Shown here: piece by piece, positions 41,688 to 51,477 of the stretch
Layout: each line of letters starts with the position of its first letter
Position numbering within the stretch: the first letter of the stretch is position 1
Assembly: GCA_044240195.1 (NCBI GenBank)
Contig: JBIHZX010000003.1
Location: 918-64,917 of the forward strand
Reading direction: 5' to 3'
Origin: Candidatus Nanopelagicales bacterium
GTDB lineage: Bacteria > Actinomycetota > Actinomycetes > S36-B12
Length of the DNA: 64,000 bases
The notes under the pieces: generated by a model
The model's database searches: none
What the model saw: only the letters and a program-made list of their open reading frames with translations
What the model was told of the DNA's origin: nothing
Program-made: the position numbers and the translations under genes

Positions 41688-42773
41688 TTACTTCAAGAAG
41701 TCGGGGATATCTAGATCATCGTCGGTGTCATCAAATGAAACCGCCTTGGGCTTAGTTACGCTCTGACCAAAAGCAGAAGCTTCGACGAGCACAGGCTCTT
41801 TTGTCGATACTTTCTTCGGCGGTGGCTCCCCGCCATCAAAGCCAGCGGCAATAACGGTCACTCGAACTTCATCACCCAAAGTGTCGTCAATCACTGCGCC
41901 AAAGATGATATTTGCGTCAGGGTGTGCAGCGTCGGCGACGAGTCGGGCCGCTTCATTGATCTCGAACAGTCCCAAATCGCTGCCTCCTGAAATCGACAGG
42001 AGCACACCACGTGCACCGTCAATGCCAGCTTCGAGTAGTGGACTCGAAATTGCCTTTTCAGCTGCTTGAACCGCACGATCTTCACCGCGCGAGGAACCAA
42101 TACCCATGAGTGCTGACCCGGCCGCATGCATGACGCTTTTAACGTCAGCGAAGTCAAGGTTAATGAGACCGGGAGTCGTTATGAGGTCGGTGATTCCACT
42201 TACTCCCTGTAACAGGACGTGGTCAGCCTGACGGAATGCATCAATGACTGAGATTTCACGGTCAGCAAGGGACAACAATCGATCATTGGGGATCACGATC
42301 AGCGTGTCGACCTCGGCGCGCAGTTCATCAACTCCCTGATCGGCCTGTGACATGCGGCGTCGTCCTTCAAAACCAAATGGTCGGGTAACCACACCGATTG
42401 TCAAGGCGCCAAGGGATCTCGCAACTTTCGCAACAACCGGCGCACCGCCGGTGCCGGTTCCGCCGCCCTCGCCCGCGGTGACAAAAACCATGTCAGCCCC
42501 GCGAAGGACTTCCTCGATCTCTTCCAGGTGGTCTTCGGCCGCTCTTTTACCGACCTCGGGGTTTGCGCCAGCACCTAAACCTCGGGTGAGCTCGCGACCG
42601 ATGTCGAGTTTCACGTCAGCATCGCTCATGAGGAGTGCTTGTGCGTCTGTGTTGATGGCAATGAACTCGACCCCCTTGAGGCCGACTTCAATCATTCGGT
42701 TGACAGCGTTGACACCGCCGCCACCAATACCAACAACTTTGATAACTGCCAGGTAATTCTGTGGAGCCGCCAC
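41688..42773 (-). CDS. ftsZ: cell division protein FtsZ
   Basis: ORF 41688..42842. Tubulin signature [11 protein letters not shown]. The GTG at 42773, behind AAAGGAGAG (6-nt spacer), gives (M)[19 protein letters not shown], the usual actinobacterial N-terminus. Confidence 0.95.
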   Translation of the reverse strand: MAAPQNYLAVIKVVGIGGGGVNAVNRMIEVGLKGVEFIAINTDAQALLMSDADVKLDIGRELTRGLGAGANPEVGKRAAEDHLEEIEEVLRGADMVFVTAGEGGGTGTGGAPVVAKVARSLGALTIGVVTRPFGFEGRRRMSQADQGVDELRAEVDTLIVIPNDRLLSLADREISVIDAFRQADHVLLQGVSGITDLITTPGLINLDFADVKSVMHAAGSALMGIGSSRGEDRAVQAAEKAISSPLLEAGIDGARGVLLSISGGSDLGLFEINEAARLVADAAHPDANIIFGAVIDDTLGDEVRVTVIAAGFDGGEPPPKKVSTKEPVLVEASAFGQSVTKPKAVSFDDTDDDLDIPDFLK

Positions 42774-42863
42774 GGCCGCTCTCCTTTTCCGTTCGTGTCG
42801 ATGAAAGGGGGTCCATCGAACTCTGTAGCCACAAACCCTCAACCTCTACCAGAGGCTAAGCAA

Positions 42864-42891
42864 ATGGTCCGCTTATGGCCGCGCGGACCAT
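42864..42891. repeat. perfect 9-bp inverted repeat ATGGTCCGC-N10-GCGGACCAT in the ftsQ-ftsZ spacer
   Basis: Read directly from the DNA. A third GGTCC copy at 42896-42900 allows alternative pairing. Confidence 0.8.
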
Positions 42892-42985
42892 AGACGGTCC
42901 AGGTACCAGAGCGCAAGTCAGAAAGCCCCTTTTTTTCAGAAAAATTTAAAATATTTTCCTCATAGGGTCGATCCTGGCCCGACAT

Positions 42986-43717
42986 TTAGGATTTCTTGGG
43001 TCCCTTTTCATCCGTTGTGGTGGGCAATTCCGGAGCACTGACGTCATAAATTTGGGCCCGCAGAGATAGCAGCGCCTCGAGAACGGCCGCTTTGAACTCG
43101 GGCTCATCAGAACTTCCCCACCGGACCACAGACCCTGATTTCAGGTCCAATTCCACGCTGTCAATGGACTGCGCCCTGATCCGGACTACTTTTTGGGCCA
43201 GGTTAGGCGGTAATTGGGAGACAACCTCAACAGCTGTCACAAGTGGGGCACCGGTAGCTTCAATCAATGGAAGGCCGTCCAAATTCGGTGAATCAAAAAC
43301 AATTCCTTGGGCATCAACTCCCTGACTCTGACCTAGGCCGGCGACCTGTGCAAGCGGGATCCGCGAGACCAATGCCACAACAACCTCGTTGGGCCAGCCT
43401 CGACGCACCTCAACGGATGAAACCCATGGGAGATTTGCAACTGCTTGGGCCGCAGTGTCGGTATCTAGGCGGGCGATCGGTTGATTAAGCGGAATATTCG
43501 CAGTGTCTTGCACTTGTGCAATTTGATCCGCTGAAAGGATCACACCGGTTGAAGTAACTACCTGAACATCCTTTACAGCGAAAACCGAGGAAAACCACAC
43601 CAACCAAATAAGGACACCTGCGAAAATTACTATGGCGGAAACCACGAAAAACCAGATTTTTTTTCGCAACTTACTCGCACGATAAGCGGTGAAATCCTGG
43701 GTAGGGAGATCACTCAT
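42986..43717 (-). CDS. ftsQ: cell division protein FtsQ (POTRA domain)
   Basis: ORF 42986..43768. Single TM segment followed by POTRA and FtsQ-type domains, between murC and ftsZ. The ATG at 43717 (8-bp overlap with the murC stop) is preferred. Confidence 0.85.
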   Translation of the reverse strand: MSDLPTQDFTAYRASKLRKKIWFFVVSAIVIFAGVLIWLVWFSSVFAVKDVQVVTSTGVILSADQIAQVQDTANIPLNQPIARLDTDTAAQAVANLPWVSSVEVRRGWPNEVVVALVSRIPLAQVAGLGQSQGVDAQGIVFDSPNLDGLPLIEATGAPLVTAVEVVSQLPPNLAQKVVRIRAQSIDSVELDLKSGSVVRWGSSDEPEFKAAVLEALLSLRAQIYDVSAPELPTTTDEKGPKKS

Positions 43718-45119
43718 ATTGGCGCCCCGGCTCACGTTCTTGTAGCCTCTCGACAACTTCGATGGCAATCAAGCCAATGTCTCCTGCACCCAAAGTCATA
43801 ATGATGTCACCGCTGCAGGCACCTTGAATCAGGTCGTGGGCAACGGCAGACCAGGACGGTTCAAAAATAACGCAATCTGCGGCAAGGGGAACGTTCGCAG
43901 CCATTGTTTGACCACTTGCCCCGGGAATGGGCTCCTCACCCGGCGCAAACACTTCAAGTACAACAACCTTGTCGGCTAAACCAAGCGCTGCACCAAACTC
44001 CTTTGAAAACAAAGCTGTCCGGTAATAGTGGTGTGCCTGAAATGCCACAATCAGTCGTCCCTGGCCTAACAGTTCGCGCGCTGCACGAAGGGTCGCGGTG
44101 ATCTCAGTGGGGTGGTGAGCGTAATCGTCATAAACACGTACGCCAGCCGCTTCTCCTTTGAAATCGAATCTGCGTCGAGTGCCGCTGAATTTTCTCAAGC
44201 CCTCAATACCCTGTTGGGCCGTGTATCCCATTCCAATCATGGCTACCAGGGCTGCTTGCGCATTTAAAGCGTTGTGATGCCCGAATACCTGTAGTTGTAC
44301 CTGGCCCAATCGCACGCCTTGATGCGCTGTATCAAAACTCCACCCCTGCGAAGAAGGCTGGACGTCCACCATGTGGAAATCCGCGTCAGGGCTCTCACCG
44401 TAACTGCGAATGTCGACTCCTGCGGATCGTGCCGCCCCAATAAGGCGAGCAGCTCCCGGATCATCAAGACACACAACCAGAAACCCATCACGCTGTTTTA
44501 TTCCTAAAGCGAAGTCAAGGAATGCTTGCTCAATAGCCTCAAAAGTTCCCCAATAATCTAGGTGGTCTGCCTCAATATTTGTCACTATGGCAATACTCGG
44601 ATTCAGTTGAAGAAATGCTCCATCGCTCTCGTCGGCTTCGGCGATAAAAAGGCTGCCGGTTCCCAGATGCGCATTCGCGCCACTTTCATTGAGTTCACTT
44701 CCGATGGCGAAAGATGGATCTGCTCCCGCATGTTGGAGGGCAACAGTGAGCATTGATGTAGTTGTCGTCTTACCGTGAGTACCCGATACAGCGACACCTG
44801 TGAATCCACTCATGATTGCGGTTAAGGCTTCGGCACGGTTCATCACACGTTTGCCCAGACGGGATGCCTCAATGCGTTCAGGATTCTTGGCCGGGATGGC
44901 CGTTGAAAGGATGAGGGTGTCTATTTCACCCACGTGAGCAAGATCATGACCGATCATGGTGTCGATTCCCACTGCACTGAGGGCCGCAAGTCTGCGAGAG
45001 TCCTTTGCATCACATCCGCTGACCTGCACGCCGCGTGAGGCCAAAATTCGTGCGATCCCGGACATTCCGGCACCACCAATTCCTACCACGTGTACCCGGC
45101 CCAAATCCTGCAAAGTCAC
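43710..45119 (-). CDS. murC: UDP-N-acetylmuramate--L-alanine ligase
   Basis: ORF 43710..45197. GIGGAGMSGIA and GTHGKTTTTSM motifs. The GTG at 45119 is 9 nt after AAGGAG; the alternative GTG is at 45125. Confidence 0.94.
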   Translation of the reverse strand: MTLQDLGRVHVVGIGGAGMSGIARILASRGVQVSGCDAKDSRRLAALSAVGIDTMIGHDLAHVGEIDTLILSTAIPAKNPERIEASRLGKRVMNRAEALTAIMSGFTGVAVSGTHGKTTTTSMLTVALQHAGADPSFAIGSELNESGANAHLGTGSLFIAEADESDGAFLQLNPSIAIVTNIEADHLDYWGTFEAIEQAFLDFALGIKQRDGFLVVCLDDPGAARLIGAARSAGVDIRSYGESPDADFHMVDVQPSSQGWSFDTAHQGVRLGQVQLQVFGHHNALNAQAALVAMIGMGYTAQQGIEGLRKFSGTRRRFDFKGEAAGVRVYDDYAHHPTEITATLRAARELLGQGRLIVAFQAHHYYRTALFSKEFGAALGLADKVVVLEVFAPGEEPIPGASGQTMAANVPLAADCVIFEPSWSAVAHDLIQGACSGDIIMTLGAGDIGLIAIEVVERLQEREPGRQYE

Positions 45120-45153
45120 CTTCACTAACTCCTTTTCAACGCGAGCACAATGT

Positions 45154-46230
45154 TCATGAACACGATAACCCCCAGCGCGCCAATTCTTCAGCAGCATTTA
45201 ATGAGTCCCCAGCATTGAATGCAGCTTGCATCCGCTCGAGTTCCGGCGCATTGAGGAGCAGCGGCAGTAATTCACTCACGATGACCTCCCGTGTGAAAAC
45301 GGAATTCTCGATCATGGCTGCCGCCCCATTGTCAATTAAGTTTTGAGCATTCCGCTTTTGCTCACCGTTTCCAATGGGAAGTGGCACAAAAATTGTGGGA
45401 ATTCCCACAGTGGAAATCTCGGCCACGGTCATGGCGCCAGCACGGGCAATAACTAAGTCAGCAGCGCTATAGGCCAAGTCCATGCGATGAATGAATGGAA
45501 CCGGGATGTAGCACGCACCTGAAGAGTCAGTAATTTCACTCCCCGATTGAAAGTTTGCACCCCCTACCGAGTGAATGACGCTCACGCCAGCCGCAAGTAA
45601 CTCCGGTATTGCAGCAACGCATGCGGAATTGATGGATTGTGCGCCTTGGGAACCACCAAAGACGAGAAGAACCGGACCAGTTTGCGGGAGCTTGAAAAAC
45701 TCGCGAGCCTCAATCCGGCTGCGATACCGGTCAAGACCAACAATGTCACGACTCAGGGGCATACCGATTACCCGAGCGCCGGGGATGGCGCCGTCAAACA
45801 TGGATGCAACATTGGGTGTGATGCGCGAGCCCAATTTATTTGCCAAACCAGCGGTTGAATTTGCTTCATGGACAATCACGCACAGACCCAAACTCTTTGC
45901 GGCCAAATACGCTGGTGCACTGGCGTATCCCCCGAACCCGATAACAACATCCGTCTTGTTTTTTTTCATAAACTTACGAGCCAGATGGATGGACTTGAGA
46001 AATTTTGGGGTAAATGCAATTGCCTGGACGTCTAATTTCCGGGGAAAGGGCGTGGACGGCAATAACTCAAGCGCCAGTCCAGTAGGGGGAACCAATGCCG
46101 TGTCCAACCCACGATTCGTTCCCATAATCGTGACTTCGGCACCAGGATCGAGTTCGAGAATGGCCCGGGCAGTATTTATGGCCGGATAAACGTGACCCGC
46201 GCTTCCACCGGCGGCGAGGACGAATTTCAT
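45154..46230 (-). CDS. murG: undecaprenyldiphospho-muramoylpentapeptide beta-N-acetylglucosaminyltransferase
   Basis: ORF 45154..46251. N-terminus MKFVLAAGGSAGHVYPA from the ATG at 46230; the alternative GTG is at 46251. Confidence 0.94.
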   Translation of the reverse strand: MKFVLAAGGSAGHVYPAINTARAILELDPGAEVTIMGTNRGLDTALVPPTGLALELLPSTPFPRKLDVQAIAFTPKFLKSIHLARKFMKKNKTDVVIGFGGYASAPAYLAAKSLGLCVIVHEANSTAGLANKLGSRITPNVASMFDGAIPGARVIGMPLSRDIVGLDRYRSRIEAREFFKLPQTGPVLLVFGGSQGAQSINSACVAAIPELLAAGVSVIHSVGGANFQSGSEITDSSGACYIPVPFIHRMDLAYSAADLVIARAGAMTVAEISTVGIPTIFVPLPIGNGEQKRNAQNLIDNGAAAMIENSVFTREVIVSELLPLLLNAPELERMQAAFNAGDSLNAAEELARWGLSCS

Positions 46231-46257
46231 GGCGCGTTTCCCTGACAACACTCGAGG

Positions 46258-47484
46258 TTAGCGTCGACGCATAGCGGAGGCTGTTTGCCTACGTCGAATA
46301 ATGCGGCGGGCCCCGGGCTCATTCCGAGCGCACGCCAGCAACATCCCTATTGCGAACAATGTGGGGACCAGCGAAGAACCCCCATATGAAACGAGCGGGA
46401 GAGGCACGCCGGTTACGGGGAGTAGTCCAAGCACAGCACCGATGTTGATCACGGCTTGAATGACGATCCACGACCCAACGCCAGCAGCGGCTAGACGAAC
46501 GAATGGCTCCTGCGAATTCTTGCTTAACCGAAAAATAGAGAAGGCCAGAATCCCAAATAGCAGTAAGACCGCGGATGTTCCCACTAAGCCTAATTCTTCA
46601 CCAATAACGGGGAAAATAAAGTCAGTATGTGCTTCAGGAAGTGAGCCCCATTTCTCGCGACTGCCGCCCAGCCCTACGCCCCAAATTCCACCCGTCCCAA
46701 GAGCGTATTTACCTTGAGCGACCTGCCAACCAAACCCAAGGCGATCTGAATCCGGATTGAGCCAGTTAGTGATGCGTTCCATGCGATAAGGCGCCGCAAG
46801 AGTCAGCATCCACACGAAAAAGAGACCGAAACCACCAAAGAGTGCGAACAGGCGGATGGGAATTCCTGCCGAAAAAAGAATTCCGCACAAGATCGCACCG
46901 AGCATCAACGTATTTCCAAAGTCACCTTCGAGTAAAACTAAGATCATCATGATTCCGGCTACCGGAAGGATGGGGACCAAGATATTCCTCCAAGTAGGAA
47001 TATGACGATCCTTCCGAGTCAAGACTTCCGCTCCCCAAATAACAAGGGCGAGCTTGGCAAACTCACTGGGCTGTAATTTAAACGGTCCAATGATTTCAAT
47101 CCAGTTCCGTTGGCCAGCAACTTCATCGCCAATAAACAGCACCAAAACGAGGAGGACAAACGCACCCGCGAGAAATATCCAAGCGGTCTTGCGCCAAAAT
47201 TGAATTGACGAACGGGCGGCGAAAATTAGAGCAATGACACCAGCGACAGCAAAGAGCGTCTGCCGCTGGGCAAGTGTGTAGGCGGATCCAGAAATGCGGA
47301 CACTTTCCACCGACGAGGCAGATAGCACCATCACCAACCCAAGCCCCAACAATAAAAGCGTCGAGCCCATGATCAAGTAATACGTGCTCAGTGGGTGATC
47401 GGCCAACAAAGACAAACGAGATCCTTTATAGGCTTCGCCGATCTTGCTAAACCTGTCGGACACAGGCTGGGTGCGCAGTGACAT
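46258..47484 (-). CDS. ftsW: SEDS-family peptidoglycan glycosyltransferase FtsW
   Basis: 408 aa, about 10 TM segments, with FtsW/RodA motifs, between murD and murG. Confidence 0.92.
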   Translation of the reverse strand: MSLRTQPVSDRFSKIGEAYKGSRLSLLADHPLSTYYLIMGSTLLLLGLGLVMVLSASSVESVRISGSAYTLAQRQTLFAVAGVIALIFAARSSIQFWRKTAWIFLAGAFVLLVLVLFIGDEVAGQRNWIEIIGPFKLQPSEFAKLALVIWGAEVLTRKDRHIPTWRNILVPILPVAGIMMILVLLEGDFGNTLMLGAILCGILFSAGIPIRLFALFGGFGLFFVWMLTLAAPYRMERITNWLNPDSDRLGFGWQVAQGKYALGTGGIWGVGLGGSREKWGSLPEAHTDFIFPVIGEELGLVGTSAVLLLFGILAFSIFRLSKNSQEPFVRLAAAGVGSWIVIQAVINIGAVLGLLPVTGVPLPLVSYGGSSLVPTLFAIGMLLACARNEPGARRIIRRRQTASAMRRR

Positions 47485-48947
47485 TAGCGGCCCAGTTCAT
47501 TCAATACCGCGCTGGCAAACATTTCGCCGCGTTGGGCATAGTTCGCAAACATGTCCCATGAAGCGCAGCCGGGTGCGAGTAAAACCGTGTCACCGCTGAC
47601 AGCTCGTTCGCTCGCGATCTGGACGGCTTCACTCATAGCACTAGTGTCTCGAGTGACCAGTGTGATTATTGGGACATTTGGTGCGTGTCGAGTGAGAGCG
47701 TCGGCGATTATTGGGGCATCGGTCCCCAACAAAATTGCCAATTTTATCCGGTCTGAATGAGCCAGCACCAGGTCATCGAAATTCTGCCCTTTGGCCAACC
47801 CTCCCGCTATCCAAATCACCGAAGGGTATGCCGACAGGGATTTGTGGGCCGCGTGCGCATTTGTCGCCTTTGAGTCATCAATATAGGTGACTCCCTGACC
47901 GCTAGAAACCAACGCATTTCGGTGTGGTGCGGGGTTAAAGTCCCGAAGGCCATCACGCACAGCCTTCGGTGAAACCCGATTTTCCTCACCCGCATTCATG
48001 GCACCGAAAGCGCGAGCCAGAGCCGCGGCAGCGAGTGCATTCTCCGTGTTGTGATCCCCCACGGGATGAACGTCACTGACAAGTGCCAATTCTTGGGCGT
48101 AGTCCCTGCGATTGGAAATAAATGCTCGGTCAACGAGGGCACCGTCAACAACACCCAACTCACTCAACCCAGGAATGCCGCGAGTAAAACCCACCGCACG
48201 ACAGCCTTCTAATACATCGGCTGCTTCGACCATGGACAACGTTGCAGCCTCATGGCCGTTGTATACGGCTGCATACTGGGTCCGCTCATAAACGCGAGCT
48301 TTTGCTTCTGCATATTGATTGAAATTTCCAAAGTGATCAATGTGATCCGATGCAATATTCAGACAAACTGACGCCCATGGGCTCATGGTGTGGACAAATG
48401 GCAACTGAGGGGCACCCACCTCGACTGCTATTACATCAAGCTCGTCATGCATAACGACTCCGACAAGCGAGTGACCGATGTTTCCGGCTGCCTCCGTGCG
48501 GAGCCCAGCAGATCGCAAAATAGATTCCAGCATGAGTGTTGTCGTGGTTTTGCCATTAGTACCGGTGACGCACAACCATTCCGCACCACCAATTTGCGGC
48601 CGGATCCTCCATGCTAATTCAAGTTCACCCCAGATGGTGATTCCTTTTAGTTCCGCCTGCTTATGAAAGTGGTGTTGGGGAGGTAATCCCGGGGATGTCA
48701 CCACCAAATCAAAGCTCTCCTCCGGAAGTTCGCTGGCATTTAAGAAGATCGATGCACCCAGGGAACCGAGAATATTGGCACGTTCGCAAACATCATCATT
48801 TGATGAAGAATCAATAATGCTCACCTGCGATCCCAGTTGCATAAGGGCGTCCGCCGCTGCGAAACCAGCGACGCCCAGACCTAAAACACCAACGCGGAGT
48901 GATGACCAGTGAGCGTCACGGGAAGTAAGCTCATCAAGATCACGCAT
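47484..48947 (-). CDS. murD: UDP-N-acetylmuramoylalanine--D-glutamate ligase
   Basis: 487 aa Mur ligase with the P-loop VTGTNGKTTT. 1-bp overlaps with both mraY and ftsW. Confidence 0.94.
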   Translation of the reverse strand: MRDLDELTSRDAHWSSLRVGVLGLGVAGFAAADALMQLGSQVSIIDSSSNDDVCERANILGSLGASIFLNASELPEESFDLVVTSPGLPPQHHFHKQAELKGITIWGELELAWRIRPQIGGAEWLCVTGTNGKTTTTLMLESILRSAGLRTEAAGNIGHSLVGVVMHDELDVIAVEVGAPQLPFVHTMSPWASVCLNIASDHIDHFGNFNQYAEAKARVYERTQYAAVYNGHEAATLSMVEAADVLEGCRAVGFTRGIPGLSELGVVDGALVDRAFISNRRDYAQELALVSDVHPVGDHNTENALAAAALARAFGAMNAGEENRVSPKAVRDGLRDFNPAPHRNALVSSGQGVTYIDDSKATNAHAAHKSLSAYPSVIWIAGGLAKGQNFDDLVLAHSDRIKLAILLGTDAPIIADALTRHAPNVPIITLVTRDTSAMSEAVQIASERAVSGDTVLLAPGCASWDMFANYAQRGEMFASAVLNELGR

Positions 48948-50014
48948 CAGGCTCTAACCCATTCTGCGTAAAAAATGGTAAGTCCCGCACCTATACATAG
49001 GCCCTGGATAATCCAAAACCTCACAACGATCTGGATCTCAGGCCAACCCAGCATCTCGAAATGGTGATGAAGGGGTGCCATCCGGAATAATCTTTTACCC
49101 GTTAACTTATAGGATCCAACTTGCCCGATCACAGATAAAGTTGTGATGAGGAAAAGACCCGCAAGAAGTGGCAACAGGAGTTCTGTACGAGTGAGAACTG
49201 CCAGGCCTGCAATTCCACCACCCAAAGCGAGTGAACCCGTGTCCCCCATAAAGATTCGAGCAGGCGAAGTGTTGAACCACAAAAAACCAAAACTTGCACC
49301 CGCCGTAGCAGCCGCAACCATTGCTAAATCAAGTGGATTTTGAGTGTTGTAACAAAATTCAGTGACTTCAAATGCGCAATTTTGTCCATACTGCCAAATT
49401 GCAAGTAGTACATAAGCCAAGAAACTCATTATTGCCGCACCAACAGCTAGACCGTCAAGACCATCTGTGAGATTGACGCCATTGGTTGTTGCTGTCACCA
49501 GGAACCACACCCACAGCAGAAACAGTCCTAATGGCAGGACGATGCTGGTGTCGCGGACGAAAGAAATAGCCATCGATGCAGCCGTGTTGCCCGATGCATC
49601 GGGGAATTGAACGGATAAATACGCGAAGGAAAATGCCACAACCGCCTGGCCAATCAGCTTCGTCCTGGCTCTAAGTCCGGTACTTCTTTGCTTGAAAATC
49701 TTTAAATAGTCATCGGCAAAGCCAACCAGCCCCAGACCGACCATGAGGTAGAGAACAAGCAACGCTGAGATTGACACCGGTCGCCAGGTGACTAAATGTG
49801 TAAGGAAGTACCCCCCAAGCACAGCAATGATTATGGCGATTCCACCCATGGATGGTGTGCCGCGCTTTCCTTCGTGTGCGGGATAAAGTCGGCCTTCTTG
49901 TGACGCTCGAATCGCCTGGGAGTAGCCATGCTTGCGCAGCAGGTTAATGAGTAGAGGTGTTCCAAGAAAAGAAATTAAGGTCGCTATCGCACCCGCAATA
50001 ACGACTAGCCTCAT
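48947..50014 (-). CDS. mraY: phospho-N-acetylmuramoyl-pentapeptide transferase
   Basis: 355 aa polytopic protein with the NLTDGLDGLA motif. Confidence 0.95.
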   Translation of the reverse strand: MRLVVIAGAIATLISFLGTPLLINLLRKHGYSQAIRASQEGRLYPAHEGKRGTPSMGGIAIIIAVLGGYFLTHLVTWRPVSISALLVLYLMVGLGLVGFADDYLKIFKQRSTGLRARTKLIGQAVVAFSFAYLSVQFPDASGNTAASMAISFVRDTSIVLPLGLFLLWVWFLVTATTNGVNLTDGLDGLAVGAAIMSFLAYVLLAIWQYGQNCAFEVTEFCYNTQNPLDLAMVAAATAGASFGFLWFNTSPARIFMGDTGSLALGGGIAGLAVLTRTELLLPLLAGLFLITTLSVIGQVGSYKLTGKRLFRMAPLHHHFEMLGWPEIQIVVRFWIIQGLCIGAGLTIFYAEWVRA

Positions 50015-51477
50015 GGAGCTCCCTGCTCTCGATCAATTCCCAACTCAAAATCCTCTACAACACTACTTAAAGAAAGCTCCAGAACCTCGCTGGCCACACG
50101 GTCAAGGCCGATTGATCGCGATGCTTTTACCAAGACGATGTCCCCCGGCTGCAACTCATCAGCCAATAAGTTCAAGACACCATCGATGTCGGAAACCCAG
50201 ACTGACTCTTCCCCCCAAGATCCTTCATTTGCAGCCGCCAAGTGCATTACTTTCGTTGCCGCACCCACACAAACCAAACGGGATATATCCAGACGGACAG
50301 CTAACCTGCCGATCGCATCGTGTGCATCAACGGAATATTCACCCAACTCCCGCATCTCCCCCAGAATCGCCCAGGTGCGGCGGCGCGGTCCGCGAGAGCC
50401 CAATTGAGCCAATGTCTTAAGTGCTGCGCGCATCGATTCCGGATTCGCGTTGTAAGCGTCATTTATCACAGTTACGCCGTTGGAAGCCTCCGTTACTTCC
50501 ATTCGCCACTTACTGACCACATTCACATTACTGAGAAATTCGCAAGCGATCTCAAACGGCACTCCCACAGCGACACTTGCGCTAAGGGCCGCCAATGCGT
50601 TAGCGACATAGTGCTCACCAACTAATTGCACATGTACCGGTTGCGAATCATCCCGGTAAGTGACGAGAAAACGAGTTGTACCGTCAGGTTCAACGCATAT
50701 ATTGCTGGCACAGATGTCACTACTTTGCAACTCTCCAAATGTTAGTTGTGAGCATTTCAATCCTTCGCTCATCCGCGCAACAAATGGGTCGTCTTGATTG
50801 AGGACAGCTAGCCCGGTAACAGGCAAAGCGCGAACCAGCTCTGACTTCGCAACGGCGATATTCTCCATGCTGCCCAACAATTCAATATGTGCTGATCCCA
50901 CGTTGAGCACAACACCAATATCAGGTACAGCGATCTCACAAAGAGTGGCGATATGGCCAATCCCCCGCATGCCCAGTTCTAGTACCAGAAATTCAGTCTG
51001 TGCATCGGCGCTAAGAATAGTGAGGGGTAAACCTACTTCGGTATTAAATGATCCGGGTGGAGCGACGCATCGGCCATATTGGCCCAACATTCCAGCGATT
51101 AAATCCTTCGTTGTCGTTTTCCCACTGGAACCCGTAATACCAATGACCTGAGCCTTGAGAACATTAATGCGCACCCAATGAGCAATCTGACCTAAAGCAA
51201 TCAAAGGGTCCAGAACGTGAAGCAATGGAAAGCCTTCTGGAACTGGCGCACTTGATCCTGCTGCGACAATGGCCAAAGTTGCTCCAGCCGCTTGAACATC
51301 TGGTAAAAAAATATGTCCATCAACTTTTTCACCGACGAGCGCCACATAAATCCCGTTCTGGATAGGGTTGCGGGAGTCGACGTAGAATCCGGGAACACTA
51401 AGAACTTGATTATGATCCCAGTCAGTGAGAGTTCCACCTGTGATCTCCGCAAGTTGTTGCCCAGTGAAATCAATCAT
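50011..51477 (-). CDS. murF: UDP-N-acetylmuramoyl-tripeptide--D-alanyl-D-alanine ligase
   Basis: 488 aa with the P-loop GITGSSGKTTTKD, in the position between murE and mraY. Confidence 0.93.
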   Translation of the reverse strand: MIDFTGQQLAEITGGTLTDWDHNQVLSVPGFYVDSRNPIQNGIYVALVGEKVDGHIFLPDVQAAGATLAIVAAGSSAPVPEGFPLLHVLDPLIALGQIAHWVRINVLKAQVIGITGSSGKTTTKDLIAGMLGQYGRCVAPPGSFNTEVGLPLTILSADAQTEFLVLELGMRGIGHIATLCEIAVPDIGVVLNVGSAHIELLGSMENIAVAKSELVRALPVTGLAVLNQDDPFVARMSEGLKCSQLTFGELQSSDICASNICVEPDGTTRFLVTYRDDSQPVHVQLVGEHYVANALAALSASVAVGVPFEIACEFLSNVNVVSKWRMEVTEASNGVTVINDAYNANPESMRAALKTLAQLGSRGPRRRTWAILGEMRELGEYSVDAHDAIGRLAVRLDISRLVCVGAATKVMHLAAANEGSWGEESVWVSDIDGVLNLLADELQPGDIVLVKASRSIGLDRVASEVLELSLSSVVEDFELGIDREQGAP

